Made by a program: the position numbers and the translations under genes. Shown here piece after piece: positions 10,725 through 19,854 of a DNA stretch of 64,000 bases. Source of the stretch: a bacterium (GTDB lineage: Bacteria > Zhuqueibacterota > Zhuqueibacteria > Residuimicrobiales > Krinioviventaceae); assembly GCA_963693055.1 (NCBI GenBank), contig OY843751.1, positions 4,928,001-4,992,000 of the forward strand, written 5' to 3'. The notes beneath the pieces are model-generated. The model ran no database searches and had not been told where the DNA came from. It saw nothing but the letters and a program-made list of their open reading frames with translations. Numbering within the stretch: the stretch's first letter is position 1; every line of letters begins with the position of its first letter.

Positions 10725-10750
10725 CTCTGTATCCTTTGTGGCTCTGTGGT
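10725..10750. repeat. CTCTGTG-type short interspersed repeat
   Basis: ctctgtatcctttgtggctctgtggt; last 17 nt match the reverse complement of 40829-40845 at 15/17. Confidence 0.6.
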
Positions 10751-10976
10751 GAAGTTTTTAATCCCTCCTGATAGCAACACAGATATCTGTATTGCATTAA
10801 ATCAATTTTGCAACCTTAATCCTGAAATTATATTACAAACATCCAACGCTATTCGCAGAATCGATTCATAATGAACAGATCGCGACACAGATGCCTGTGT
10901 CGTGGAATATTATCATGGGACATTCGTCCCATCCTTGGCTAATTCGCATCCAGCTTCTATCTTTACAGAAAAACAC

Positions 10977-11005
10977 TTGCCTTGCTCACCATTTTTTAGT
11001 AAAAT
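10977..11005 (+). promoter_or_regulatory. sigma70-type promoter for aldehyde dehydrogenase
   Basis: TTGCCT-N17-TAAAAT, about 50 bp before ATG. Confidence 0.5.
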
Positions 11006-11056
11006 ATCACATCGCAATCCCATGAAAACCAATTTAACCAAATAACAGGACCCGCA

Positions 11057-12475
11057 ATGCCTGAAACTGCTTTTGAACCTGAATTTATCATACCCCAACC
11101 CGCAATTAAACAGATCATACAATCTCAACGAGATTTTTTCAAAACCCAAAAACCAGATTACTCTTTTCGTATGCAACAGCTCGCTACGCTCAAATCCGCC
11201 ATGGAAGCGTACGAATCCGAGCTGCTGCTTGCCATGGAAAAAGATATGCGCAAACCCCGGTTTGAAGGCTATTTAAGCGACATTGCCTTTACCGTAACAG
11301 AGATTGACCTTGCCCTGAAAAAATTAAAATCCTGGATGAACCCCAAACGCGTTTCCACACCCATCGCCCATTGGCCCGGCTCCAGTTACATCCATGCCGA
11401 ACCCTTTGGCGTTACCCTGGTAATGGCCCCCTGGAACTATCCCATTTACCTGTTGCTCGTCCCGCTGATTGGCGCCATGGCAGCCGGAAACTGTACCGTG
11501 CTCAAACCCTCAGAACTGACGCCCAATACTTCGAGCGTCATTGCCAAAATGTTCAAAGAGTATTTTGACCCGGCCTACATTGCTGTGGTTGAAGGAGACG
11601 GACAAATCGCGCAGGAACTGCTGAATGAAAAATGGGATTATATTTTCTTTACCGGCAGTCCCGCCATTGGAAAAATAGTCATGCAGGCCGCGGCACAACA
11701 CCTGACTCCGGTTACCCTTGAACTGGGCGGTAAAAGTCCCTGTATTGTGGACAAGAACATAAACATGGAAACCGCTGCCCGGCGCATTATCTGGGGGAAA
11801 TTCCTCAATGCGGGACAAACCTGCATTGCCCCGGATTATTTGCTGGTCCATCAATCCATCAAAGATGCATTTATTAAACAATGCAAAACGACATTACTTG
11901 AATTTTACGGTAGCGATAGATTCAACAGTCCGGATCTGGCGCGCATCGTCAATGAACGGCATTTTGATCGGTTGAGCAGCCTGCTCAAGGATGCTAACAT
12001 ACTCGTTGGGGGAGAAACCGACCGGGATTCCCGCTATATTGCGCCCACCCTTTTAGACGGTGTGGATTGGGAGCATCCCGTCATGCAGGATGAAATCTTT
12101 GGTCCCATTTTACCAGTACTGGAATATAGTGATCTGAATGATGCGATTAAAACCATCAACAGCCACCCCAAACCCCTGGCTTTGTACTTTTTCTCAAATG
12201 ATAAATCACTACAGAATAAAGTTATTGCCAAAACCAGTTCCGGCGGAGTGTGTATTAACGATACCATCAATCACATTATCCCCAACAATCTGCCTTTTGG
12301 CGGTGTGGGCACCAGCGGCATGGGTACATACCACGGCAAAGCCAGTTTCGATATTTTCTCACACCACAAAAGCACGCTCAAGCGCTCATTCCTTTTAGAT
12401 ATAAAAATAAAATACGCGCCCTATACTGTAAAAATTGAGCACGCAAAAAAGCTGTTAAAACTGATGACAGGGTGA
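11057..12475 (+). CDS. Aldehyde dehydrogenase (ALDH3/YwdH-like)
   Basis: PWNYP, KPSE, FTGS, LELGGKSP (Glu), NAGQTCIAPDY (Cys), EIFGP, PFGGVGTSGMG. Confidence 0.95.
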   Translation: MPETAFEPEFIIPQPAIKQIIQSQRDFFKTQKPDYSFRMQQLATLKSAMEAYESELLLAMEKDMRKPRFEGYLSDIAFTVTEIDLALKKLKSWMNPKRVSTPIAHWPGSSYIHAEPFGVTLVMAPWNYPIYLLLVPLIGAMAAGNCTVLKPSELTPNTSSVIAKMFKEYFDPAYIAVVEGDGQIAQELLNEKWDYIFFTGSPAIGKIVMQAAAQHLTPVTLELGGKSPCIVDKNINMETAARRIIWGKFLNAGQTCIAPDYLLVHQSIKDAFIKQCKTTLLEFYGSDRFNSPDLARIVNERHFDRLSSLLKDANILVGGETDRDSRYIAPTLLDGVDWEHPVMQDEIFGPILPVLEYSDLNDAIKTINSHPKPLALYFFSNDKSLQNKVIAKTSSGGVCINDTINHIIPNNLPFGGVGTSGMGTYHGKASFDIFSHHKSTLKRSFLLDIKIKYAPYTVKIEHAKKLLKLMTG

Positions 12476-12505
12476 GATTGGTTTATTATTAAATCAGAGG
12501 CAAAA

Positions 12506-12592
12506 ATGAAATACGATGACCGTATCATTATTTATATCGACATACTAGGTTTTAGAGAAAAAATTAAAGAATCGAAAAAAGAAAACAAATGA
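12506..12592 (+). pseudogene. 28-codon remnant of a nucleotide-cyclase-like (IDILGF) protein
   Basis: RBS AGAGG; MKYDDRIIIYIDILGFREKIKESKKENK*; [YF]IDILGF resembles the first metal-binding strand of class III cyclase-like proteins; stops follow. Confidence 0.5.
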
Positions 12593-12749
12593 ATTTAATG
12601 CACACTAATTAATGTAAAGTCATGGCTTAATTGCTTTTACTGATAACTGAATACTTGTAACTTTCTATATTCGATAACGAAAAATAATTTTTAAAAACCC
12701 CAAAACTCTTTTATATACAATTATATTCACTTTTTAAATAAAAAAATAC

Positions 12750-12804
12750 TTGCAATTTACTCAATATATTGAGTAAATTTACTCAACGTATTGAGTAAAT
12801 TGTA
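12750..12804 (+). promoter_or_regulatory. Tandem 26-bp palindromes overlapping a sigma70-like promoter of the DUF4143 ATPase
   Basis: AATTTACTCAATATATTGAGTAAATT (12754-12779, perfect) and AATTTACTCAACGTATTGAGTAAATT (12776-12801), 22-bp period; TTGCAA at 12750, TAAATT at 12774. Confidence 0.8.
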
Positions 12805-12813
12805 AGGCTAGCT

Positions 12814-13992
12814 ATGTATAAAAGAGCCATATATCCCATTCTACAAAAACGTTTATCTGAAAAACGCCGGTTCATTCAGGTTCTGGCAGGTCCCAGACAA
12901 ACAGGGAAAACCACACTCGCACAACAAATCCTCAAATCCGGGACCATTCAGGGAATATATGCCTCTGCTGACGGCCCCACTCTGCAGCCCCATTCATGGA
13001 TAGAGCAACAATGGGAGTTTGGCAGACTGGAAGCGAAAAAAGGCTCCACTGTCCTAATATTGGATGAAATCCAAAAAATTGACAACTGGTCAGAAACAGT
13101 CAAAAAATTGTGGGATAATGATTCATTAAACAATATTCCTCTTTATTGTATCATTCTAGGTTCATCACCTCTATTAATGCAAAAAGGACTATCTGAAAGC
13201 CTGACCGGCAGATTTGAAGTTATCCCGGTTACGCACTGGAGCTTTCAGGAAATGCAGAACGCCTTTGATATATCATTAGAACAATATATCTATTATGGCG
13301 GATATCCTGGTGCAGCAGAATTAATTGCGGAACCAGACAGGTGGCAAAACTATATATTACACTCTTTAATAGAACCTACAATCTCTAAAGACATCTTACT
13401 CATGACCCGTGTAGACAAACCTGCATTGTTGCGAAGATTATTTGAACTGGGTTGTCAGTATTCAGGTCAAATTTTATCTTTTCAAAAAATGTTGGGTCAA
13501 CTCAAAGATGCGGGCAATACCACCACACTGGCGAATTATTTGGAGCTATTGGGGCAGGCCGGTTTGTTAACAGGCCTCTCTAAATATGCCGGCCAAAAAG
13601 TCAGACAAAGGGCATCAAGCCCCAAGCTACAGGTATTAAACACAGCATTAATGGCAGCACTGGGGAATACACGTTTTGAAGATACATTAAACAATAACCA
13701 ATTATGGGGACGATTTGTAGAGTCAGCAATTGGGTCGCATTTAGCCAACAGCAGTCGTTCAACTCAAATAAAAGTTTTTTACTGGTCAAGCCGTAACAGA
13801 GAAGTGGATTTTGTACTGGAAAAAGGTGACAAGCTTGTTGCCATTGAAGTAAAAAGTCATAATAAACCGGCTTTTCTTCCGGGTATGGATGCATTTTCTA
13901 ACGAATTCCCGGTTACAAAAAAATTACTTGTAGGGGGAAATGGTATTCCTGTTGCGGAATTTTTAACAACACCGGTTACAGATTGGTTCTGA
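12814..13992 (+). CDS. AAA_14 ATPase with DUF4143 (wHTH plus PD-(D/E)xK-like C-terminus)
   Basis: Walker A GPRQTGKTT, Walker B LILDEIQ, GSS, ESLTGR, GGYPG, TTLANYLELL, REVDFVL..AIEVK. Confidence 0.92.
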   Translation: MYKRAIYPILQKRLSEKRRFIQVLAGPRQTGKTTLAQQILKSGTIQGIYASADGPTLQPHSWIEQQWEFGRLEAKKGSTVLILDEIQKIDNWSETVKKLWDNDSLNNIPLYCIILGSSPLLMQKGLSESLTGRFEVIPVTHWSFQEMQNAFDISLEQYIYYGGYPGAAELIAEPDRWQNYILHSLIEPTISKDILLMTRVDKPALLRRLFELGCQYSGQILSFQKMLGQLKDAGNTTTLANYLELLGQAGLLTGLSKYAGQKVRQRASSPKLQVLNTALMAALGNTRFEDTLNNNQLWGRFVESAIGSHLANSSRSTQIKVFYWSSRNREVDFVLEKGDKLVAIEVKSHNKPAFLPGMDAFSNEFPVTKKLLVGGNGIPVAEFLTTPVTDWF

Positions 13993-14005
13993 GAAACTAA
14001 AAGCC

Positions 14006-15268
14006 CTATTCCCCAACATCCCAGAACAACACATCTTTATGGGGTCTGGCATCGAGAATCCGTTTTTTCAAGGTTTTTAACTTGCCCTCAATATCTTTGT
14101 GCAGGTTTTCGGGTCCCACTTCCATATCAATGCCCACACCACCGCAGCTTGGCAGCCACAGCTTGATTGTTTCGGTACCGTTTTCTATTTCGCGGGTATG
14201 CTCAAATCTCTCAATGCGGGAGATCCCTTCCAGCGTTTTGGGTACCGGGATTTCACCAGCAACATGCTGCTCCAGCAGATAATCCATATCCACGATATTC
14301 CGGAGTTTGTAATACTCCATCAGCTTGGCAAGCGCAACCAGTCGAAACAGTTCCTCAAGCTCTGCATACAAGGGCTCGGTCTCTGCCAGTTCCGAATAAT
14401 GAGAGGTAAAATTCTTTGTAAACGCCTCTGCCATAGGATCAGTTTTACCGGCCCCCACGAGTCTCTTTTCCGACGAGTGCAGATATTGCGATTCTGTCAG
14501 CAACGTTACAGGACAATCATCAATCTTTGCAATCTGATCATCATAACTGAACTGATAATCTCCGGGATAAAACCAGAACCGGTTCATTGAAGCAATCCCC
14601 ACGGTGATAGAATTCCCTACCCGAATATCCGTTTCCATTTGTGATTTCACAGCAGGTAATAATCCGGTAATACCGTTTACATCCGGCACAAACGAACCAT
14701 CCACAATACGTTTTAACAGATAATCCGCATCTACCATTACCGAAGCAAACCTAGACTCGAAGGGAATGCCAAACACCCGCACCGTCTGAGGCAATTTACA
14801 GATATCATGCCACATCTCTATCACTGTATCCTTGGCTTCAACATCGGTAACAGTATTCAACCGCTGGGACAATTCATTCAATTGTGCCAACACCTTTGCA
14901 TTCGGATCTATTGAACAACCGGGATTGCTGTAATAGTAGGTATTATCTTTCAACTCGGCATAAACCATCCACGCATTTCGCAAGGCGATCACAAAATCAG
15001 TTGTGTACAGCGGCATACGGTCATCTAATACCTGTCCATACACAACAACATCCTGGTTCTCTGCATCCGTTACAAATCCATCAACACGGTTGATCCCACA
15101 CAAATACAGCAATATAGCATTATCCGTATCTTTACCTGCCTGCTGCCATTGATTTTGGAACTGTGTCAATGAAAACGCACGGGTCCCTGCAAAAACTGAT
15201 GCTGCCGGCCATGTAAAACCGGCAGCAATCAAATAAATGATCAGAATAAATAGAAAATAACGTCTCAA
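14006..15268 (-). CDS. DUF1598-like exported protein
   Basis: Signal peptide; GCSIDP, VFGIPFESRFASVMVDADYLLK, RFWF, YAELEELFRLVALA, GGV; TTG start after GAGG. Confidence 0.7.
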   Translation of the reverse strand: MRRYFLFILIIYLIAAGFTWPAASVFAGTRAFSLTQFQNQWQQAGKDTDNAILLYLCGINRVDGFVTDAENQDVVVYGQVLDDRMPLYTTDFVIALRNAWMVYAELKDNTYYYSNPGCSIDPNAKVLAQLNELSQRLNTVTDVEAKDTVIEMWHDICKLPQTVRVFGIPFESRFASVMVDADYLLKRIVDGSFVPDVNGITGLLPAVKSQMETDIRVGNSITVGIASMNRFWFYPGDYQFSYDDQIAKIDDCPVTLLTESQYLHSSEKRLVGAGKTDPMAEAFTKNFTSHYSELAETEPLYAELEELFRLVALAKLMEYYKLRNIVDMDYLLEQHVAGEIPVPKTLEGISRIERFEHTREIENGTETIKLWLPSCGGVGIDMEVGPENLHKDIEGKLKTLKKRILDARPHKDVLFWDVGE

Positions 15269-15278
15269 AAAAACCTCA

Positions 15279-15977
15279 TTATTTCATTTTGGCAAGTTTA
15301 TCGAGATCAATCTTGTCAACGGCTTTTTTAATATCATCCATTTTTACATTATTGCCATCAACCTCAACAACAAACCGTTCTGCCACAAACAAGGTTACCT
15401 GACCATATTCCTGGTCTTTTTCCCAGCTTTCAAATGCCCGGTGTCCCTTGATAGTTGTGGTTTTCTCATAACCCGAATCACCTTCCTGGTCAATATCCGT
15501 TGCCAACCATGCAAGCTGGGTCATCCGTACGAGTTTATTCATATTGCCCATATCCGTGATCTCGATCTCTATAGAACCCCCGTCATTGTTCTCATATTCC
15601 GCGGTGGCCTGAGAAATCTTCATACCCAATGCAGAAGTCTTTTCTCCACTTGCATCGGTTCTGTTCATACCACGCAAATTACCAGGTAACAAAGATTTCA
15701 GGTCTTTATAATCAACCGGTTCAACTTTGGAATCAACCACTTCATCACTCATTTGCCCCAGTGCTTTAGCCATTTCTTCCATACCTTCGGCCATCTCTTC
15801 CATGCCTTCACCAAAGCCTTCAGCCATTTTTTCGCCAGCCTTGGCCATTTGCTCACTTGCTTTTTCCATCTGGCGTTCTGCTTTTTCCATCTGTTTTTCT
15901 TCAGGTGATTTACCACATCCGCCTAAAACTGACATCATCAAGACAGTGGAAACCAGAATGATCAAACAGCGTTTCAT
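15279..15977 (-). CDS. Lipoprotein with Met-rich heptad repeats, unknown function
   Basis: Lipobox LGGC; MEKAERQ-MEKASEQ-MAKAGEK-MAEG repeats; globular C-terminal domain; RBS AGGAGG. Confidence 0.85.
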   Translation of the reverse strand: MKRCLIILVSTVLMMSVLGGCGKSPEEKQMEKAERQMEKASEQMAKAGEKMAEGFGEGMEEMAEGMEEMAKALGQMSDEVVDSKVEPVDYKDLKSLLPGNLRGMNRTDASGEKTSALGMKISQATAEYENNDGGSIEIEITDMGNMNKLVRMTQLAWLATDIDQEGDSGYEKTTTIKGHRAFESWEKDQEYGQVTLFVAERFVVEVDGNNVKMDDIKKAVDKIDLDKLAKMK

Positions 15978-16133
15978 TGTTGCCTCCTTTTATTAAAATT
16001 ACATTTTTTTACAAGATATTAATAATATACGAAAAAAAAATTGACTCGTTACCCATTTTTTTCTATTTTCATTGAATAAAATATTGTTTTGTGTTTATCA
16101 TCACAAAGCAAACATTCAGGAAAATGAATACAA

Positions 16134-16754
16134 ATGGAGATTGTATTGAACAACCCCGATTCCGCCGCACCGGCAATGGTATCGCAAGCCCGAAAGTCCA
16201 TAAACAGCGACACAGATGCGATACGCTATTGCCAGCAAGGTAACGCGCAGGCGTTTGGCTACCTGGTGGAAAAATATATGCAAAGGGCCTATTATTCCGC
16301 GTTGGGACTCGTAGGATCGCACGACAATGCGGTTGACTTGTCTCAAGACGCATTTGTAAGGGCATTTCGTGCGATCAAAACCTTTGATCCCAGTCGTAGC
16401 TTTTTTACCTGGTACTATCGAATATTACGTAATCTTTGCTTCAATCATTTGCGGGACAAATCTCGTCACGCGCGTTCATTCTCTGAAATGGATGAATACG
16501 AAATCAACTCTATTTCCGACGAGTCCTCAGACACTGAAGCTCTAGCAGAGCAAAACGAAGCTCAAAAAGCGGTCTGGCAGGGCCTTGAACAACTCAAAGA
16601 ACAGGAACGTGAGATTATCATACTCAAAGATATTCAAGATTATTCATATAAAGAAATTGCAAAAGTTCTGGAATGCCCCATCGGCACCGTTATGTCCCGC
16701 CTTTACAATGCCCGCAAAGCATTAAAAGCAAAACTGGAAGGTTTCTACTCATGA
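16134..16754 (+). CDS. ECF sigma-70 factor
   Basis: Region 2 DLSQDAFVRAF..FFTWYYRI; region 4 SYKEIAKVLECPIGTVMSRLYNAR. Confidence 0.95.
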   Translation: MEIVLNNPDSAAPAMVSQARKSINSDTDAIRYCQQGNAQAFGYLVEKYMQRAYYSALGLVGSHDNAVDLSQDAFVRAFRAIKTFDPSRSFFTWYYRILRNLCFNHLRDKSRHARSFSEMDEYEINSISDESSDTEALAEQNEAQKAVWQGLEQLKEQEREIIILKDIQDYSYKEIAKVLECPIGTVMSRLYNARKALKAKLEGFYS

Positions 16755-17212
16755 CAGATTATAATCATATTAAAGAAAAATTTCAAATATTAATGATGGG
16801 TGCTATAGACGGTGAACTGGATGCAAAACAACAACAGGAATTTGAATCACTTCTTGCAGAACACCCGGAATTTTTTCAGGAATATCAAGAATTTCTACAG
16901 CTCAAGGAGAAAACCACAGCAATGAAGCTTAAAACCCCACCTGATGAATTATGGGATACCTATTGGATTGACATATATAACCGTATTGAACGGGGCATTG
17001 GTTGGATATTTTTCTCAATCGGTGCTATGATACTGCTTACCTTTGGTGGTTACAAATTTTTCAAAGCCATTGTTCAAGACGCGCAAATGCCAATCATTCT
17101 GAAATTTGGCACTTTTTTTCTGATCGGCGGACTGGCTGTACTGCTGGTATCTGTTGCACGTGAGCGCATGTTCACTTACAAATCGGACCCGTATAAGGAG
17201 ATTAAACGATGA
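16751..17212 (+). CDS. Membrane anti-sigma factor (ASD without Zn ligands, 2 TM)
   Basis: ATGA overlap with sigma stop; MMGAIDGELD..FESLLAE anti-sigma pattern, two C-terminal TM helices; ORF-track start 16673 is too long. Confidence 0.8.
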   Translation: MTDYNHIKEKFQILMMGAIDGELDAKQQQEFESLLAEHPEFFQEYQEFLQLKEKTTAMKLKTPPDELWDTYWIDIYNRIERGIGWIFFSIGAMILLTFGGYKFFKAIVQDAQMPIILKFGTFFLIGGLAVLLVSVARERMFTYKSDPYKEIKR

Positions 17213-17538
17213 TCATCACCACTACACACACTATACATCACAAACACATTATTAAAACCCTGGGAATGGTCAAAGGCAACACTATTCGGGCACGCTTTGT
17301 GGGTAAAGATATTATTGCAGGCTTTAAGCAACTGGTTGGGGGAGAAATTGAAGATTATACAAAACTTATGGCAGAATCGCGTGAACAGGCCCTTGATCGC
17401 CTGATTGCAGATGCCAAAAGCCTTGGCGCAAATGCTGTTGTTGGCGTAAGGTTCAGTACCAGCGAGCTTATGGCAAACGCGGCAGAAATTCTGGTGTATG
17501 GCACGGCCGTTATTGTAGAAGAAGACGAGGATCAATGA
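17209..17538 (+). CDS. YbjQ/UPF0145 family protein
   Basis: GKDIIAGFKQLVGGEIEDYTKLM..SREQA, GANAVVGVRF, YGTAV. Confidence 0.93.
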   Translation: MIITTTHTIHHKHIIKTLGMVKGNTIRARFVGKDIIAGFKQLVGGEIEDYTKLMAESREQALDRLIADAKSLGANAVVGVRFSTSELMANAAEILVYGTAVIVEEDEDQ

Positions 17539-17756
17539 TGGATCCACATATCAATATAAACTTTGTATGCCCCAAATGCAGAAATACCCAGTGTGAAATT
17601 GATCAAATGCGCGCCACCGGTGGCGCGCTGGCTAAAATCTTTGATGTACAAAATAAAAAATTTACGTCTGTTACCTGTACCCGGTGCAGATATACAGAAT
17701 TTTATAAAACCGATACTACTACAATTGGCAATATTTTTGATTTTTTAACAAATTAA
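17535..17756 (+). CDS. Zinc-ribbon protein (YpzJ-like, putative nucleic-acid binding)
   Basis: CPKC...ATGGALAKIFDVQNKKF..CTRC.YTEFY. Confidence 0.85.
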   Translation: MMDPHININFVCPKCRNTQCEIDQMRATGGALAKIFDVQNKKFTSVTCTRCRYTEFYKTDTTTIGNIFDFLTN

Positions 17757-17792
17757 ACTTGAACCCCAATCAATGTTGTTTTATATTCAACA

Positions 17793-18551
17793 ATGATAAC
17801 CCCTTTCAGGAAAAATTCTTCAAAAAAATCATTATCCGGTTTACTGTCAATCTGGACTGTTTTACTGGCAACGCTTCCTATATTTTCACAGGTATCTGTC
17901 AATCAAAATTCCGTTTATCAGCAGGCCCCAAGACGCACATCTTTTTCCAATTTCAAAAAGCCAAAAGTTTTGCATGCATATTATCAGGTTGAAATCATTT
18001 CTGGTGAAAACAAAGTCTATGGCGAAGAATTTCACACCAATCATCCATTTTCTATCACCAAACTCTCTTTCCTGCCAATTCCCGGACACAAAGGTTGGGG
18101 ATTCACAGCAGCATATATCGATGAAACGATTCCAACAGCAGACCGATATTTATACATTTCACCACGCTATTATTTTCAAACCAGACATGGTTGCGTTATG
18201 TATGGCTTTCGTTACCACTATTCTCTGAAATATGATGAAGGTCCTACTAAAGACAGATTGCAACCCCTTATAGCTTATAAATATGGTAACCTGGAAAAAT
18301 TATATATCTCTATCGATATTTTTTCTGAAAATATTTTTGGCGTTTTAAACATCAGTATGAATTATATTTTTTCGGATAAATACAGCAGTATCTCATTGGG
18401 GTATGTCAATACAAAACGTGGAATTTATAACGGCTTGTCTTACAGGTTGAATTATAAAGTCTATAAACGCTTTATGTTTGTGTTTCAGGGGAATCTTCAC
18501 AACAAACACTATATTACCGGTATGCAGGCAGGTTTAGGGGTTTTGTGGTAA
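17793..18551 (+). CDS. Hypothetical exported protein, possible outer-membrane beta-barrel
   Basis: Signal-like N-terminus; alternating aromatic beta-strand pattern; C-terminal GMQAGLGVLW. Confidence 0.55.
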   Translation: MITPFRKNSSKKSLSGLLSIWTVLLATLPIFSQVSVNQNSVYQQAPRRTSFSNFKKPKVLHAYYQVEIISGENKVYGEEFHTNHPFSITKLSFLPIPGHKGWGFTAAYIDETIPTADRYLYISPRYYFQTRHGCVMYGFRYHYSLKYDEGPTKDRLQPLIAYKYGNLEKLYISIDIFSENIFGVLNISMNYIFSDKYSSISLGYVNTKRGIYNGLSYRLNYKVYKRFMFVFQGNLHNKHYITGMQAGLGVLW

Positions 18552-18552
18552 C

Positions 18553-18579
18553 AAAAAAAGGCGCTGTTAACAGCGCCTT
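18553..18579. terminator. Intrinsic terminator between convergent genes
   Basis: A7 then palindrome AAGGCGCTGTTAACAGCGCCTT. Confidence 0.8.
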
Positions 18580-18591
18580 GAATCTTTAAAA

Positions 18592-19839
18592 TTATTCATA
18601 TCTTAAAGCATCTACAGGTTCAACATTTGCGGCTTTCCTTGCAGGAAAAACTCCCGACAACAATCCGATCAATGTAAGGATAATAACCGTTGTTAAAACA
18701 ACACCGTGTGACAGTAGCGGTCTTCCCAGAAACTGCATGGGACCATCTCCCTGGGCCGGCATCATCCATAACAGCTTGATTACTCCCAGAGCAACGAGAA
18801 GCCCCAATCCTCCTCCAATCGCAGATATAAGCAAAGACTCGAATACAAACTGTGATATAATATGCCGTTTCTTGGCGCCTATAGCACGTTTAATTCCAAT
18901 CTCTCGGGTACGTTCTTTGGCCACAACATACATGATATTGGCTACACCCACACCCGCAATGATCAATGTCATGGCACCAATCACTCCCAAAAAGATATTA
19001 ATACCTTTAAACACTTTGTCGCTTTGCTTTTCCTGCTCGATAAAGTCCCACATGGGTACAGCCCGCTCATCCGTAGGATCAAAACCATATTTTTTACCCA
19101 GAATGCGTCTCACTTCAGATTTTACCAGTTCACTATGCTGAGGTTGGTCCGGCTTTACAATCAATTCTCCCAGGTAACGATATCCGTAAATACTTTGGAA
19201 TGTAGAGAAAGGAATGATTGCCCGCCGGTCATCGGGACCGTTATTCATTGACGTTTGCAGTTTTTTAGGCATAATACCGATAACTTTAAAAGGAATACCA
19301 TCTAAGGTCAGAGTTTGCCCAATGGGGTCCTGGCTTCCAAACAGATCTTTTGCAACTTCGCCACCCAAAAATACTACCCGTTTCTTTTCCAGTTGATCTT
19401 TTTGGTTCAAAAACCGACCTCCGGCAGCAGGGTATGTTCTGCGTAAAAACTCAAATTCCGGGTACACGCCTTCCATAAATGTTGAAGCACTCAATTCACC
19501 ATTGCGCAGGCGCACATGTTTGCCCATTTGCGCGTTAACGGACACAACCTCGGGAATGCTTTCCAGCAAAATCCGGGCATCATCCTCAACCAGACGAATG
19601 CGTCTGCCAATGGGCATTCCCTGGTATTTTTTAGTTGTCTGCCCACCATAAATACGGATGATCCGATCACCGGCATTTAAAAATCCTTCTTTCATCCGGA
19701 AAGCAAGGCCTTCACCAAAAGCCATCAGCAGGATAACCGCCAAAGTACCCCAGGTAATCGCAATTGTAGTTAAAAACGCACGGGTCTTTTGCTTTTTTAA
19801 ATCACCAATAAATTCCTGTAAAAAAATCATTATTTGCAT
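18592..19839 (-). CDS. MacB/FtsX-like ABC permease
   Basis: MacB periplasmic domain (GRFLN), GVANIMYVVAKERTREIGIKRAIGA, FPARKAA..PVDALRYE. Confidence 0.93.
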   Translation of the reverse strand: MQIMIFLQEFIGDLKKQKTRAFLTTIAITWGTLAVILLMAFGEGLAFRMKEGFLNAGDRIIRIYGGQTTKKYQGMPIGRRIRLVEDDARILLESIPEVVSVNAQMGKHVRLRNGELSASTFMEGVYPEFEFLRRTYPAAGGRFLNQKDQLEKKRVVFLGGEVAKDLFGSQDPIGQTLTLDGIPFKVIGIMPKKLQTSMNNGPDDRRAIIPFSTFQSIYGYRYLGELIVKPDQPQHSELVKSEVRRILGKKYGFDPTDERAVPMWDFIEQEKQSDKVFKGINIFLGVIGAMTLIIAGVGVANIMYVVAKERTREIGIKRAIGAKKRHIISQFVFESLLISAIGGGLGLLVALGVIKLLWMMPAQGDGPMQFLGRPLLSHGVVLTTVIILTLIGLLSGVFPARKAANVEPVDALRYE

Positions 19840-19854
19840 TGCGCAACCTTTTCT

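Noticed and set aside
10881-10932. Riboswitch in the ALDH leader
   Set aside because: Hairpins lie upstream of the predicted promoter (10977-11005) and match no aptamer I recognise
12590-12592. TGA as selenocysteine or readthrough extending the cyclase remnant
   Set aside because: An in-frame TAA follows two codons later and no SECIS-like hairpin is present
12754-12801. Tandem palindromes as a mini-CRISPR or terminator
   Set aside because: Copies overlap with no spacer, are AT-rich, lack a U-tract and cover a promoter; an operator fits better
15760-15895. DNA-level repeats in the lipoprotein gene as a contingency or VNTR locus
   Set aside because: Repeats are degenerate at DNA level and explained by protein heptads
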